Below are positions 11,070-24,371 of a stretch of 62,177 nt of DNA, piece by piece. The translations under genes and the position numbers were made by a program. Under the pieces are notes generated by a model. That model was not told where the DNA came from. It searched no databases and worked only from the letters and a program-made list of their open reading frames with translations. This stretch comes from Rozella allomycis CSF55 (taxonomy: Eukaryota), in NCBI GenBank assembly GCA_000442015.1, contig KE560931.1, forward strand, positions 1 through 62,177. The letters run 5' to 3'. Every line of letters starts with the position of its first letter. Within the stretch, counting starts at the first letter, position 1.

Positions 11070-14000
11070 ATGGAGACGTCGGAACCAGTAACAGCGATGA
11101 CTTTGATATAACCACAGCGTCCTAATATTGATTCCAACAGCGCCGAGGCCATATCCAAGGTGGAAATAAAGCGGGAAGAGGATGTACCGAATGCCGTTGA
11201 GAAAATTGCGCAAGGCGGTGAGACGGATGCGTTTGCTGAAGTAAAAGAGGAGCCTGTCGATGTCAAAATTAAGATGGAAGAGAATGCAGAGGATGGAATG
11301 CAAGTTGAGAGTGAGGAGCGTGGGGAAATGAGCGTGGATACTGAGATGGCGAGTAATGAGGAGGAGCGTGGGTCTGAGCTGGATAGGGATGTGAAGAGCG
11401 AGAATATGGAGGTTGAGGAGGTTGAAGAAAAGAAGGTTGGTAAAAAGAAGACGCATGCCCAAAACAAGGTAGATGGAAACATATTTTGTAATGTAGGCTG
11501 AGGATGCGATGAAGAGGTATAGGTTTCTGCTTGGACAGACGGATATATTTAAGCATTTTATTGATCCAGAGAAATTGGGAATTGATATGAATGAGTTGAA
11601 TGTTAACAAGTAAGAATGGAGGGTGCTTTGGAGGTAGGAATAGAAAGAGGAAGACTGAAAAAGAGGAGGATAAAGAGCTGATGGATCAGGATGAGGACGG
11701 TGTTATAACTAATTTGCGAGAGTCGCCGAGATATGTGAAGGGAACGATGAGGGATTACCAGTTGCAGGGATTGAATTGGATGATATCGTTGTATGAGAAT
11801 GGAATTAATGGGATATTGGCTGATGAAATGGTAAGGAGTGGATGAAAGATAGAAAGGGACTTGGAAAGACGTTGCAGTCGATTTCCATGCTTGGCTATTT
11901 GAAGCATATGAGGGGTATCAGGGGCTCACATTTGGTGATTGTGCCTAAATCAACGTTGCAGAATTGGAAGAATGAATTTAACAAATGGGTTCCAGATTTT
12001 GATGCGTTTATATTTCATGGGAACCAGCAGGAGAGAGCAGAGTTGATTGGTGAGAGGATAAAGACGATGGATTTTGAGATTTGCATTACGAGTTTTGAGA
12101 TTTGTATTTTAGAAAAAAGTGCGTTGAAGAAAATAACGTGGGAGTATATTGTGATAGATGAAGCTCATAGAATAAAGAATGAGAATTCGTTGTTGTCGCA
12201 GATTGTTAGGTTGTTTGAGTGTAGGAATAGATTGCTGTTGACTGGAACTCCCTTGCAGAATAATTTGCATGAGTTGTGGGCCTTGTTGAATTTTCTGTTG
12301 CCGGATGTGTTTAAATCGGCAGAAGATTTTGATTTGTGGTTTGAGAAGCATGGGAATGATCAAGAGAAGATGGTTATTCAATTGAGAAAAGTAAAGAGAT
12401 GCAGTAGTGTTAATTGTTTAGATATTGGAGCCATTTTTGATGAGAAGATTGAAGGCTGATGTTGAACATAGTTTGTTACCAAAGAAGGAGGTGAATTTAT
12501 ATGTTGGAATGACTGAGATGCAAAAGAAATATTATCAAAAGTGTTTGGAAAAGGATATTGATGCAGTTAATGGAGGAATTACTGGGAAAAGACAGAATAA
12601 GAATAGATTGTTGAATATTGTGATGCAGCTGAGAAAGTGTTGTAACCATCCGTATTTGTTTGATGGAGCTGAGCCAGGCCCACCATATTCAACGGGAGAA
12701 CATTTGGTGTATAATTCAGGAAAGATGATTGTTTTGGATAAATTGTTGAAGAAGATGAGAGATAATGGATCAAGGGTTTTAATATTTAGTCAGATGAGTA
12801 GAGTGTTGGATATTTTAGAAGATTATTGCAACTACAGGGGTTATGAATGTTGTAGAATTGATGGACAAACACCGCATGAAGAAAGAATAGAAGCGATTGA
12901 AGAATACAACAAGCCAAACAGTTCAAAGTTTGTGTTTTTATTGACAACGAGAGCGGGAGGGTTAGGAATTAATTTAGCGACTGCAGATGTTGTTGTGTTG
13001 TATGATAGTGATTGGAATCCCCAGGCTGATTTGCAAGCGCAGGATAGAGCGCATAGAATTGGACAAACAAAGCAAGTTTATGTGTTTAGATTTATAACAG
13101 AGAATTCAATTGAAGAGAAAATAATTGAAAGAGCAATTCAAAAGTTGAGATTAGATCAGTTGGTTATTCAGAATGGGAAAAGAGATAATTTGAACCAAAA
13201 GTTGGGACAAGAAGATTTGTTGACAATGATTAGACATGGGGCGCAAGATGCGTTTATTGAAGGATCAACAGTTATTGATGAAGATATTGAAATAGTTTTA
13301 AACAAGGGAGAAGAAAAGACGAGAGAGTTGATGAAGAAGTATGAAACAGCTGGATTGGAAGATTTGCAAAAGTTTAATGTTGATAATTCATTTAATACGT
13401 ATGAATGGGATGGCAAAGATTTTTCTAAAAAGAAGAATAAAAGTTTATTTATTTTAGAAACAAGTAAAAGAGAAAGAAAAAGTAATTATGCGATTGATTC
13501 TTATTATCGCGATACACTTGGAATTCAAATAACAAGAGGGCCTTCTAGTAAAGCACCAAGAGCACCAAAACAGCCAGCTATTTATGATTATCAATTTTAT
13601 CCTTTAAGATTAATTGAATTATTTACTAAAGAGAATCTTTATTATAGGAAAAGTGTTGATTATAAAGTTGTTCAAAGGAAACCAGAAAAGAATGAAACAT
13701 TGGAGCAAGTTGAATTACAAGCGATTCAAGAACAAGAAAAGATTGATAATGCAGAACCATTGAATGAAGAAGAAGAAATTGAAAAAGATAAATTGATTCA
13801 TTTGGGTTATGGGAATTGGACAAGAAAAGACTTTCAACAATTCATTAAAGGCTGTGAAAAGTTTGGCAGAAATAATTTTGTTGAAATTGAAAAAGAAGTT
13901 GAAACAAAATCTTTAGATGAAATTAAAGATTATTCAAAAGTTTTCTGGTCTAGAATTACTGAATTATCAGATCACGAAAAGATTGTTTCTTCAATTGAAA

Positions 14001-14386
14001 AGGGTGAATTAAAACTAAAAAAGATTCAAGAAATTCAATCTCTAATCGACAATAAAATCACTTCTGTTAAAAAACCCTTGCAAGATTTATCTCTATCAAA
14101 TTGCAAAAGTAAGTCTTTCTCTGAAATTGAAGATCGTTTTCTCTTGTTGAAAATTCATCAAATTGGTTATTCTACTGATGATTTATATGAAAAGATTAGA
14201 TTTGAAATCAAAAATTCTCATCTGTTCAAATTTAATTGGTTTTTTAGATCTAGAAACGCTAATGAATTAATGAAAAGATGTCAAACTTTAATTGCTAGTC
14301 TACAAAAGGAATCTGAAATTGAAGAAAGGAAAAAGAGAAAATCTATTCAACAATCAACTAAACCAAAGAAATCAAAGAATGAATAA
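11070..14386 (+). CDS. ISWI-family chromatin remodelling ATPase (SNF2 + HAND-SANT-SLIDE), spliced
   Basis: [60 protein letters not shown]. Confidence 0.95.
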
Positions 14387-14452
14387 ATTAAGTTTTTATG
14401 TAATAATTTTATGAGACTTTTTATGAGTTTTTAATTTGTTGAACTTCTTCTG

Positions 14453-14854
14453 TTAGAGAAATGAGGTCGTGGATGTCATTGAACCTAATACCATAAACAA
14501 TGACAACAAAAGTCCCCATATCATTGCAACCCACGGCGCCATCTTAAATCTACCAGCTTCATACAATAACCCAATCACTATTCCAATAGGCATACTCGTC
14601 ATAAACGCAACCGATGCACCAACTACCACAAACAATGGCATAATAAAAATTGAATATATCCACTTTCTAAAAGTCCAATACGCTCTCATCCCTCCAATGA
14701 AATAGAAACACATGCTAAACACTATACCCCATATAGTTATAAATGGCCAAATGTGCTGGTAACACTCCAAATTAACAGTAGCAAACAATGAGGGCCATGG
14801 TGGGATCGATAAGCTGGAGCATTCTATCAGTGATTCTATATCTGATGAACTCAT
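14453..14854 (-). CDS. TMEM170-family membrane protein
   Basis: PPWPSL...IWPFITIW, three hydrophobic segments, GLLYEAGRFKMAPWVAMIWG. Confidence 0.7.
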   Translation of the reverse strand: MSSSDIESLIECSSLSIPPWPSLFATVNLECYQHIWPFITIWGIVFSMCFYFIGGMRAYWTFRKWIYSIFIMPLFVVVGASVAFMTSMPIGIVIGLLYEAGRFKMAPWVAMIWGLLLSLFMVLGSMTSTTSFL

Positions 14855-14980
14855 CAAATTCAATAAATTTCGTCGATTAAAACTAATTCAACCAAAAACC
14901 AGTTCAAGCATTCATATATTTATTCAATCCTATTCTGCAAGATTAATTGATCACATCACCTCCATTCAGAAATTTCCCCA

Positions 14981-16462
14981 ATGACAGTCAAATTGTCAAC
15001 AAAGCTCGGCATCTCAGACGTTGTGCTATCCGGCAAGCGCGTATTAATCCGGTAATCCACACAATTCGCATTCATAGTGTGGATTTCAATGTACCGCTCA
15101 AGGAGGGCAGAATTACAAACAACCAGAGAATAGTTGCTGCTCTGCCTACAATCCAGTATGCTCTCGATAAAGGTAATTGGATTTGTGCGTGTTAAGGCAG
15201 GTGCCAAGAGTGTTGTGTTGATGAGCCATTTGGGGAGACCCGATGGCAAGGTGGTGCCGTCGCAGAGTATGAAACCGGTGGCGGTGGAGCTCGAGTCGTT
15301 GTTGAATAGGAAAGTTACGTTTTTGGACGATTGTGTTGGGGAGTCGGTGGAAAAGGTTTGCAGAGACGCTTCCGGTGGTACGATTGTGTGTGCGTTTATT
15401 GATTACAGGGCAAGTGATACTCTTGGAAAATCTGAGATTCCATTTGGAAGAGGAAGGGTCAGTTAAGGATGAACAAGGCAACAAGGTAAATATGTAAATT
15501 ATCTCTACTTGAGCTTAAAGCCGAAAAGGCGGCGGTTGACGCTTTTAGAGCATCCTTGTCGAAATTGGGTGATGTGTACATCAACGATGCTTTCGGGACA
15601 GCACACAGAGCTCACAGCTCAATGGTCGGTGTTAATCTTCCTGTTCGGGCAGCTGGAATTCTCATGAAAAAGGAACTAGAATTCTTTGCAAGGGCTCTTG
15701 AAAATCCTGAAAGACCGTTTCTTGCGATTCTTGGAGGTGCTAAGGTGTCTGACAAGATTCAGTTGATTGAAAATCTTTTGGATAAAGTAAATTCAATGAT
15801 TATTGGTGGAGGCATGGCCTTTACTTTTAAGAAAGTTGCGCATGGAGTTAAAGTAACTTTTGAAGTGGTGTTTAAAAGATTGGAAATTCACTGTATGATG
15901 AAGAAGGNGGAAATTCACTTTATGATGAAGAAGGAAGCAAGTTGGTACAAAAGTTGTTGGATAAGGCCAAAAAGAATGGCGTGGAGTTATACTTTCCGGT
16001 TGATTACGTTACTGCAGATAAATTTGACAAGGATGCACAAGTAATTGATAATAATAGATATGATTAGACCGGATCGGCTACTGATGAATCTGGAATACCG
16101 GATGGTTGGATGGGATTAGATTGTGGACCAAAAAGCAATGAAATATTCAAACAAGCCGTTTCTAAAGCCAAAACCATTCTATGGAACGGGTAAGACAGGA
16201 ATGATATCAAAATAGGCCTGCCGGAGTATTCGAGTTTGACAAATTTTCAAGTGGCACAAAATCTATCTTGGACGCTGTTGTGTCCGCCACTAAAGCAGGT
16301 GCAGTTTCAATAGTCGGCGGAGGTGATACCGCAACGGCAGTCGCCAAATGGAAAATGGAAGATAAACTTAACCATGTGAGCACTGGTGGTGGCGCCTCGC
16401 TTGAATTACTCGAAGGAAAAGATTTGCCCGGAGTTGTCGCTCTGTCTGATCGTAGTCAATAA
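14981..16462 (+). CDS. PGK1: Phosphoglycerate kinase (spliced; assembly N at 15908)
   Basis: [64 protein letters not shown]. Confidence 0.97.
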
Positions 16463-16597
16463 ACAAAATCGTTCTCTTAAATTTATTGGTCATAATTCGC
16501 GACTCCTGAATTTCTTATTTTCCCTTCTAATGCCATTTTTGTTAAATTTATTTCCATTTGCCGTCTACTTATTGCCTTTAACGCTACGCCAATAAAT

Positions 16598-17154
16598 TTA
16601 TGACAATCCGGGCGTATCCCTGTGGTCTATCAAATCACGCGACAAAATTCTCGTTACTTTTGTATTCTTGTATGTGTGTTCAGGTGGAAACCTTTCATGG
16701 GAGGTGGGGCCAAGGGAAGTAGTCTCGGGGTAAACTTTGCTTGCAAGGTCGGTTTCGCTTGGCCTTACTATCACTCTCTCCTTGTTTTGGTGGCAGAATT
16801 TTAAAAGATCTGTTAGACTTATATCAGAAAGAGTTTTTATGCTGGCAACCACATCAGGACAAACAGCCTTCGTTCGGCCACATAGGACCATAGACTCTTG
16901 CATTCGCCTAGACATTCCCATCAAAACTTTAGTTTTTCACTAAAAAATATATATTTACTTGTTTCAAGCATGTGAAGCAAAATATCCATGCTTGTTTTTT
17001 CTATACAACCAAATCCTGCGCGTTGGAGTATCCGCACGATAGCCCTCTGGAGAACATAATGGCTAGATGTATTTCCCAAATATTTTTCTAGGGAATATTC
17101 TATCTGTAAAGTATCTGAATCATCTTTTTCTGGGACTGGTATTGGGAGAGACAT
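16598..17154 (-). CDS. TAF8: TAF8-like TFIID subunit (histone-fold/Bromo_TP + TAF8_C)
   Basis: ILQRAGF, LCGRT...PDV histone-fold pattern and FPPEHTYKNT motif; one intron. Confidence 0.7.
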
Positions 17155-17433
17155 GTTTAGGAATTTTCGGGAAAAAAAGAAAAATCCTCAACAGATAAGC
17201 TCAAATTAAAACATTGGGAACATATGACAGGAAAAAAATATGATACACATTGTTAAAAATTAATAGTGATTTTACTAGCAGGCGTTGTTCATTGTCATTG
17301 GTTGTCTGCTCGGATTTGTGATTGTGGTCAATACGCGCAAAGTGTTTAAGAAGTTTTGTCGAAAATGAAAGAAATGTTAGACATAACCACCACAAATGCT
17401 CAAAATTTATTGACCTTATAATATTACATGCAT

Positions 17434-18116
17434 TCAATGGAATGAGATGCTTACAACTTGTTGCCCCCGAATGTAAATAGTGCCAATGGAACGGCAATAT
17501 ATTCCTTGAGAGTCTGTTATAACTTTTTGTTCTAAAACCTGGGCCATTTTTCCAGCAGATAACTCATGTTGCTTACCTGCAGGATCCCATTTTTCAATGG
17601 CATCTTGTAATAGCTGTTAAAAGACAAAAGTATAATTACCAAATTAAAATGCTTATCGTAAAAAGAGAGGAAGCCTATTATCTGGCTTCTTATTGAATCC
17701 TGATTTCTAATTGTAACCTCTATCTTTCTGGTATTATTGAGTGCTTCAAACAGCAGTTTAAAAGGTCCCGCGTTTAACTTTTCTTTAATGCTTTCTTCAT
17801 AAAGATTACCTTTTAATCGATGCGAAAATGGAACATAATTTTCATTTAAAGACGCTTCCAGTTTTTCCTTGAGTTCTTTTTCTTCTATTTCTTTTATCAT
17901 TCGCTTTTGCTTCCTTTGGATAGATGATTTGGTTATTTCTTGAGTTTTTACTTCAACAGGTTTAGCATTAGGTAAAAGTCTTGAGCATTGTTTCACGTAT
18001 TCCAGAGATTTAACTTTGGGATATGGAATCCGAACTAATTCTGGGTTATTCAAACAAAACAGTGGGTCGAATTTCGGCGACAAAAAATTTGTTCTCTCGT
18101 CCATCCTCCTATTCAT
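17434..18116 (-). CDS. LSM11: LSm11-like Sm protein (spliced)
   Basis: N-terminal FLSPKFDPL...IPYP; GPFKLL...IEVTIR...IIGFLSFYDKHFNL|LLQDAIE (Sm1); IYIRGQQVVSI (Sm2). Confidence 0.7.
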
Positions 18117-18142
18117 TTAATTTTGTTTAGGAATTTTCTGGA

Positions 18143-19158
18143 ATGGTTGTTCTTCATTTCAAAAGGTCCGATAAATCATTGTTTCTTTTCCAAACTACCG
18201 TCAACAGTTTGATTAGTGATGTAATTGATTCAGCCATCAGTATACACAATGAGAGACTACGGCTGTTACGGCTAATTTCAAGTAATTTGTGTGTGGATAC
18301 TTAATTTAGGCTGTGAAGACTTAATCAATTATGGGCCAATAAAACCATACATGGAGCAAGGCTTAACCGAAGAACAAATAGCTGGCCATGCTCAAAATAA
18401 GACGCCCGAGAAAATAAGAATGACAAAAAATGGCAGAGAAATCCTCTTCAACCCTGATCCAACTGGTCGAAGAACAGGTGAAGGTAATATCTAGTTTTTT
18501 ATTTTACCTGCTCCAATTGATAGTGTTGCGGCTATGATGACTACAGAGCTGGAACATGCAAATGCAATATTGTCACCAGTAATTTTACTACTTGGTAGTA
18601 TTCTAGAATAGAGTTGCTTTAAATGAATTTTTAACGTTACAAGATATAGACCAGGCATTTCTGAACATCAAGGGGGCAATTATGATCGCATATCCCATGG
18701 GACTTCCTTCGGATGACCCTGTCCAAATTATTTTAGATAATAATGAAGATTTGACTGTTTGTTCAGTATTAATGTTTTAGTTATTTCATTAGAATGCCAA
18801 AGAAATTTTTACGTTAGATAACGTTTCGCTTTGGTGGGCCTCAAAAGAGCTCGTTCCTAACAAGCATCTTTCAGACTTTATTGGAAAAAATGAAAAATCA
18901 AAGGTTATTGTAAAACTACAAAGAAAAGGGCAAGGCGCGCCTGTCAGGGAACCAGCTATTGATGAGAAAACTCAGCGTGAAATGACTGCATTCTTTTATA
19001 AGAAGCAGGAAGAGCACAAAGTAAACAGCTTAAGAAAGAAATAATAGAAATTGGCAGACAATGATGAAGATGATTACTTGAATTCTTCATGGGCAAATCC
19101 AAAGGCTTTGAAAAATCATTTTCAGGGAATATCAAATGTCTCTTGGAGATTTAAATAA
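18143..19158 (+). CDS. CFAP298: Cilia/flagella protein CFAP298 (C21orf59/Kurly), spliced
   Basis: MVVLHFKR, QGLTEEQI, DPTGRRTGEAP, IAYPMGLP, LWWASKEL, GKNEKSKVIVKLQRKGQGAPVREP, YLNSSWA. Confidence 0.9.
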
Positions 19159-19180
19159 GATAATAAAATTTATTACAAAA

Positions 19181-19958
19181 CTACAAAATTGGGTCTTCTA
19201 GATTCAAATAGTTGAACGAATCCTCTGGATAAAACCGGGCACTGACCATTTTTGAATTGTACCTTTTTCCGTTTAATGAATCCCGCGCTAAAATATCTTA
19301 ACTTAATTCTAATTACCAAGTTTGGCCCCATCGAATGAAGAAAACTTTACAAAGATTCGAACTTCAGGGTTTTTAAATGTCTAGAAAACTCAGACAGGCA
19401 TTCTTACCTTGTATACAATGCATTGTTCAACTAAACCATATTTTGTGCATTTTTGGAAAGTATCTTGCTCTAATTCATCATCTACTTCGTCAACAGACGC
19501 TACATTCTATTTAAGCATAAATTTAATTGTACTCGTAACACTATTACGCGCGACTTCATGGTATCATCACCACAGGTATTGTCCATCAAGTCTACAGCTT
19601 TTGTACGCTTCCTGGGAGCACTTTGATATTTTTTCGATGCTTGAATTTTGTTGTTTTCTCTTTCATCAACTAGATCGTCAGCCCTAATTTTCGCCAATTC
19701 TTTCTGATGTTTTTTCTTCTGTAAAATTTGATGATAATCGTTTGGTATAGCGGGATTATATTGATGTGTGCTGTATTCAATAAAAACATCCTCTTTCGAT
19801 GTTTCTTTAGGTAAAGTTTCTGACAAGTCAACTGGCCTCGATTTTTGTTGTGTCTTGTTAGTTCTTTTCCTGCTTAAATGAGTGCTTAGGAACTGTAAGG
19901 ATTTGTCTGATTATTTTCTTATTCATATTTTACTTTGGCTGTGGTCATCTGTGAACAT
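19181..19958 (-). CDS. SPF45/RBM17-like splicing factor (UHM domain), spliced
   Basis: YNPAIPNDY; RVIVLRNV...VDDELEQ...CTKYG...VRIFVKF...LNGKRY. Confidence 0.75.
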
Positions 19959-20068
19959 TTCTGAATCGAAATTTACGGCGACTGAGTAATTCTAGTTTCC
20001 ATATAAAACAACTCAAGGTTCAAGTAGAATAGAAATTAAATAATATAAAATCATAATCAAAAATTAGA

Positions 20069-21799
20069 TTAGACAGGAGGAAGGGAGTATACTTTATTTC
20101 GAATTCGTGATATCACATCATCATAGTCGAATATATTTGCGGATTCATATCCCAAGTCTTCCCAAAGTGTATTCATGCCTGATTTAAGCTTCAATGCTTC
20201 GAGAACAGAAGGTTCGACATACGTAAATGTGGAGTCCGATAAATTATGAATCACAGCGCCGACGTGGATTTTGTAGGAGCTTCGCAGCATTTCAAAGTAC
20301 GTCTCATAATTATGTCTTAGCTTTTCAATGTCAAGAGAAATAGAGTAAACATTTGTGTTAGATTTCCCTTTTGGCACAGATGATATTAATTTTGCTTCCA
20401 CTTCAAATGTCGAGTCACTGTTAAAGATGTAGAATTTTAATACAAAATTCTTTTTTGGCATATTTTCGATGGACACTAGAATATCTTTTTCACCGTAAGA
20501 AAGATTAGAGAAGGATGAATACTTGTCCGTAAAGACCATATGTGGAGACATAGGAACAATAATTTTTCCGTATTCATTCTTTATTTCTGGAGTACAAATC
20601 AACCTAAAACAGCCGGTTTCGCCCGATGTAAATGTGGAGAAATTTGGAATGCCATGGTTCCACCCCCTGCTTGGAATCATTCGCAATTTGTCAGAGTAGA
20701 CGATGTTGCAGTCAGGGTAAAACATAAAATATACAACAGATTTCTTGGTCGCAATAAATGGACATTGCGCATTGTACAACAACTGTTTGTTGATTTTGAC
20801 AATTGGCGTTTCGTTTTCCAAAGTTCCAATGATAGGTTGACCATGGGTAAGAAATTCAAATTGACTATCCTCAAAAGAAAAAATGGGCAAATCAGGTTTG
20901 TTATAAGTCACTTTAATCTCGACTTTTGTAGCTTTGACGATTTTCGATCGAATTGTCAAATGAGGAATTAGAACGTTTGCAAAACCCAAGCGAATATTAG
21001 GATGTAATATACATACCACCTTCAAAGTTCTCGAATTTCTTTTCATAAAATTTGAGCATTTAAAATATTCATTGATGACATTTTCAGAATACAGTTCTAA
21101 AACTAAAGAGGATGAAATAAATGGATTTGACTTTGGCTTGAGGATTACTTTCGCAAAATCTTTATCTGTCAAAACCTTTTGGTGCAACTCTTCGGGGAAT
21201 CTTACATAAAAGTCTATCACTGGTGATGATTCAGCTGGAATAGTCAAATCATAAAACAAATTATCTCTTCCCTTAATTTTCTTGATGTATGCAGTTTTGT
21301 TATTCTTAAACGGAAAGAGTTTGAAATAAACAAAAAAGTGGATTCGATGTTCTTTTCCGCGGTCGGTAAGTTCATGACCGTATACTTCCAAAGCAATCGT
21401 TCTAGTATTTGTAGCAAATTTATCAAACGGTAACATAAATTTAAATTGATTAGCATCATCATTTTTATCCGAATAAAAGCAAACATCCCAATCTTTTCCA
21501 AACCTCTGACTATTTTCTGGCTTCTTAAAGTCAACATCTTTATATAGTCGAGCAAATGAATACCATTTGCTTTTTCCATCACCAAACGTTATATCAAACT
21601 CAGTGCCAGCAACAAATCCCAAATCTAGATCAAAAATCTCCTTATCCATCATATTCTTAAATCTCGTGAACCTAGTATTTTCCAGCAAGTTTTGCACAGT
21701 GCCATCAACTTTTCTCACTGATATAGTTATATCCTCAGCTAAATTTTCTCTAGGCAGTAAAAACAAAAACGAAAAAAATAGAAAAAATGGGGCAATCAT
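20069..21799 (-). CDS. Unknown secreted protein, family member A (intronless)
   Basis: Hydrophobic signal peptide; motifs shared with neighbours (DGT, ALEVxGH, YDLT, EYFxC, GCFxxxC, SPH). Confidence 0.8.
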   Translation of the reverse strand: MIAPFFLFFSFLFLLPRENLAEDITISVRKVDGTVQNLLENTRFTRFKNMMDKEIFDLDLGFVAGTEFDITFGDGKSKWYSFARLYKDVDFKKPENSQRFGKDWDVCFYSDKNDDANQFKFMLPFDKFATNTRTIALEVYGHELTDRGKEHRIHFFVYFKLFPFKNNKTAYIKKIKGRDNLFYDLTIPAESSPVIDFYVRFPEELHQKVLTDKDFAKVILKPKSNPFISSSLVLELYSENVINEYFKCSNFMKRNSRTLKVVCILHPNIRLGFANVLIPHLTIRSKIVKATKVEIKVTYNKPDLPIFSFEDSQFEFLTHGQPIIGTLENETPIVKINKQLLYNAQCPFIATKKSVVYFMFYPDCNIVYSDKLRMIPSRGWNHGIPNFSTFTSGETGCFRLICTPEIKNEYGKIIVPMSPHMVFTDKYSSFSNLSYGEKDILVSIENMPKKNFVLKFYIFNSDSTFEVEAKLISSVPKGKSNTNVYSISLDIEKLRHNYETYFEMLRSSYKIHVGAVIHNLSDSTFTYVEPSVLEALKLKSGMNTLWEDLGYESANIFDYDDVISRIRNKVYSLPPV

Positions 21800-21865
21800 C
21801 AACTAAGCCACAACCTATGGTCAATTTTAAATGTAGCGAAAGAAACACGAAAAATAATGCATTTA

Positions 21866-23690
21866 TTACCACCTGGGTGGAGTGATAGTCATTGGACTTG
21901 AAGGTCCATCAAAAGCTGTGGGAATTTTAGCCTTCGCTTTGTCTTTACCGGGAAAATTGCTAGGATGGTCATATTTTAACATTCTTCCTTCTCTTTCTCT
22001 TCTTTCAGGAAACCTAGAATAAAATGTGCCACCGGATTTCACAAGATATGGAGTAAGAAAAAAGTCGTTTGTGACATGATACTGGTAGCTATTGTCAATG
22101 AAAACAGCAAATATTCTATCTCTTTTCGATTCGGCCATTAAATAGATAATCTGTTCATCGTCAATACTTATTTCAAATTTGTAGTAAGAATCAGTAACTT
22201 TAGTAAGTGATTTAGCAGGAGCTTCGACACTACGAAAATCGTCATGGATAATAAAATGATATGTTCTTGAAAGGCTAACTGGGCGTTCAAAATATATTTC
22301 GCCTCTAATAATTCCCCAATCGTATTGAAAATTGCAAATTCTTGGTGTAGACGCAGTAACAGCAACAGGGGCAGTCAGAGTATGAACTGCATTTCCCCTT
22401 TTGTCACGAACGAGTCTGTTAGGGCATACATATCGGAAACAGCCTAATTCTCCCGGGTGGTTTTCAATTATATTGTCGACGTTGAAAGAATTTGCTTTCT
22501 CTTTGACGTAATACTTCACTTCACTTGGATCCCAATCAGTCACAACACAGCGCGTATGATAGAGAATAAAAAAGTTTCCACCTTCGAAAGGACATTGAAA
22601 ATCAGTAAATGGCGGCTCTCCGCCAATCTTGATCGGTATTTCTCGAGGTGAAGGAAACACCAATGATTGTTGTAACCCGAATTCCATTCGAAATATAGAA
22701 TCAGTATATATATTTTTAGGATATTCAACAATGTCATAGAATATTCTTATTATCGCGTCATCAAATGTGTATGTATGAAGAGCTGCTTCAGTGTATTTTA
22801 AGAAAAGTTTATCTGTAAGCAAATATCTCATTTCAGGAGATATGTAGCACTTTTTGGTGACAAGGCCTAATTTTCGATTATCAACTTTATAGTGATCGCA
22901 TTCAAAATATTCTTCCGCTATCAATTGATTGTATTCATTAAATGGTTTAATATGCCTATTAGATTTTCCTTTTTCTTCTTCCAATGGCTTTGGGAAAATT
23001 TCGACTTTGGCAAAATCAGGATCAGACAAGCGATGATGTAGTTCCTGTGGTACTTTAAGGCTTAGAATGATTTCACCGGGGCCTTCCGTCAAGTCATATA
23101 TTCTTTGCGCATTAACCTTATAAAGTTTGGCAAAATAATCTACGAAAATATCATGATATTTCATTACCAACATTTCCGGTATTTGCTGCATATTTAAATA
23201 CTAAAAATGCCCTAATTTGTTGACTCCCTCCAACAGGTCTTGCCAAGATGTCAACTGCAACATATTCATTTCCGTCGGTTTCCTTGTATGGAATTACCAA
23301 GTTAAAAGTATTCTTAAGAAAGGGTTTTCGCATATCGAAAATCAATTCTGCGTCGCCTTCTTCATCATTCGAAAACATACCACTAGCTGCTAAATTTGGC
23401 AAAGCGTCAAAATCGGTAGAGTGCCTGGCTCGAGTGTGTGCATAATAACCTCCACGGACGAATCTTTGATCAAAAGACACTTGCACTTTTTGACCTGGAT
23501 GCAGAGGAGGGTATCCCTGTTCATAGAGTTTAATATGCTCTATGTACTGACTTTGGAAATTGGACTTCTTGAAAACATGATCTACTTTCCTTTTCTTGCC
23601 ATCGATTCCATGAACAACGACGCTTACATCAAAAGATGAAGTAAAAGCTGTTAACAAACATAATAAAAGTAAATAGTGATAGCTATGCAT
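21866..23690 (-). CDS. Unknown secreted protein, family member B (one 28-nt intron 23140-23167)
   Basis: Signal peptide; GT..AG intron joins the two overlapping ORFs in frame (NV|DYFAK); shared family motifs. Confidence 0.8.
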
Positions 23691-24371
23691 CTTGATAGCG
23701 CAAACTAAAGACCAGGGCCAATTGTCATATCCCAAATTTCCAAATCAAGATGATCTTGTAATAGAATAAATTTTAATTTGCATTCTTACTTGGATAGTAG
23801 GCTGAAACAATAGGAGTCGAAATTGTATATTGGCGGTTTTTAATGTTTTGAAGTGACTTGATGCAATACAAGGTTGAGATACGGATGGATAAAAATTTTC
23901 GGTTTGCTTGGGAAACCGTGACACAGTCCAAAGTGCTGGCAATCACCTGGGGTGCTGGTAATCGAAAATGGTGATGTTAGTCCCCATAAGGGGTACCCGA
24001 AAACATTGGATTGATACCCCCAGGTTTCGAACTTGGAATGTATGTTTAACACTAATACTATGTGAATCACGTTTGGGAATCTCATTCTAGTATGGTCGAT
24101 TCTTTTTCATGATTTATCAATCACATCCATTGCGAGGCTCATTTCTGATTACTTCCAATCTATCATCAATTCTTTCATTTTTAGCATCTTAAATATTTGA
24201 ATTGAACCTTGAATCTCCAGAAACATTATTTCAGTTCTTACGGCTCCTATGAAATAGTAACTTATTTGTAAATAGTTCAAAAGGTGCAAATTATTTACAA
24301 ATAGTTATCAAATACCTAATATGTAAATTTTTATCTATTTATTATCTTCGATTCTTCTTTAATTTTTTTCT

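Noticed and set aside
10971-11609. Several long antisense ORFs over ISWI (similar ones over TRA1 and SYF1)
   Set aside because: Shadows of compositionally biased sense coding sequence with no recognisable motifs.
15882-15934. 26-bp near-tandem duplication and frameshift in PGK
   Set aside because: The copies are joined by an N at 15908 and differ by one synonymous base, so this is most likely a contig-join or haplotype artefact, not a pseudogene.
17224-17368. Short hydrophobic plus-strand reading (QALFIVIGCLLGFVIVV...) between TAF8 and LSM11
   Set aside because: Could be a micro-protein, but I could not establish a start, splice pattern or homology.
17533-17577. Possible further non-AG acceptor in the last LSM11 intron
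   Set aside because: A canonical AG giving a 45-nt intron also restores the frame, so the case is ambiguous without cDNA.
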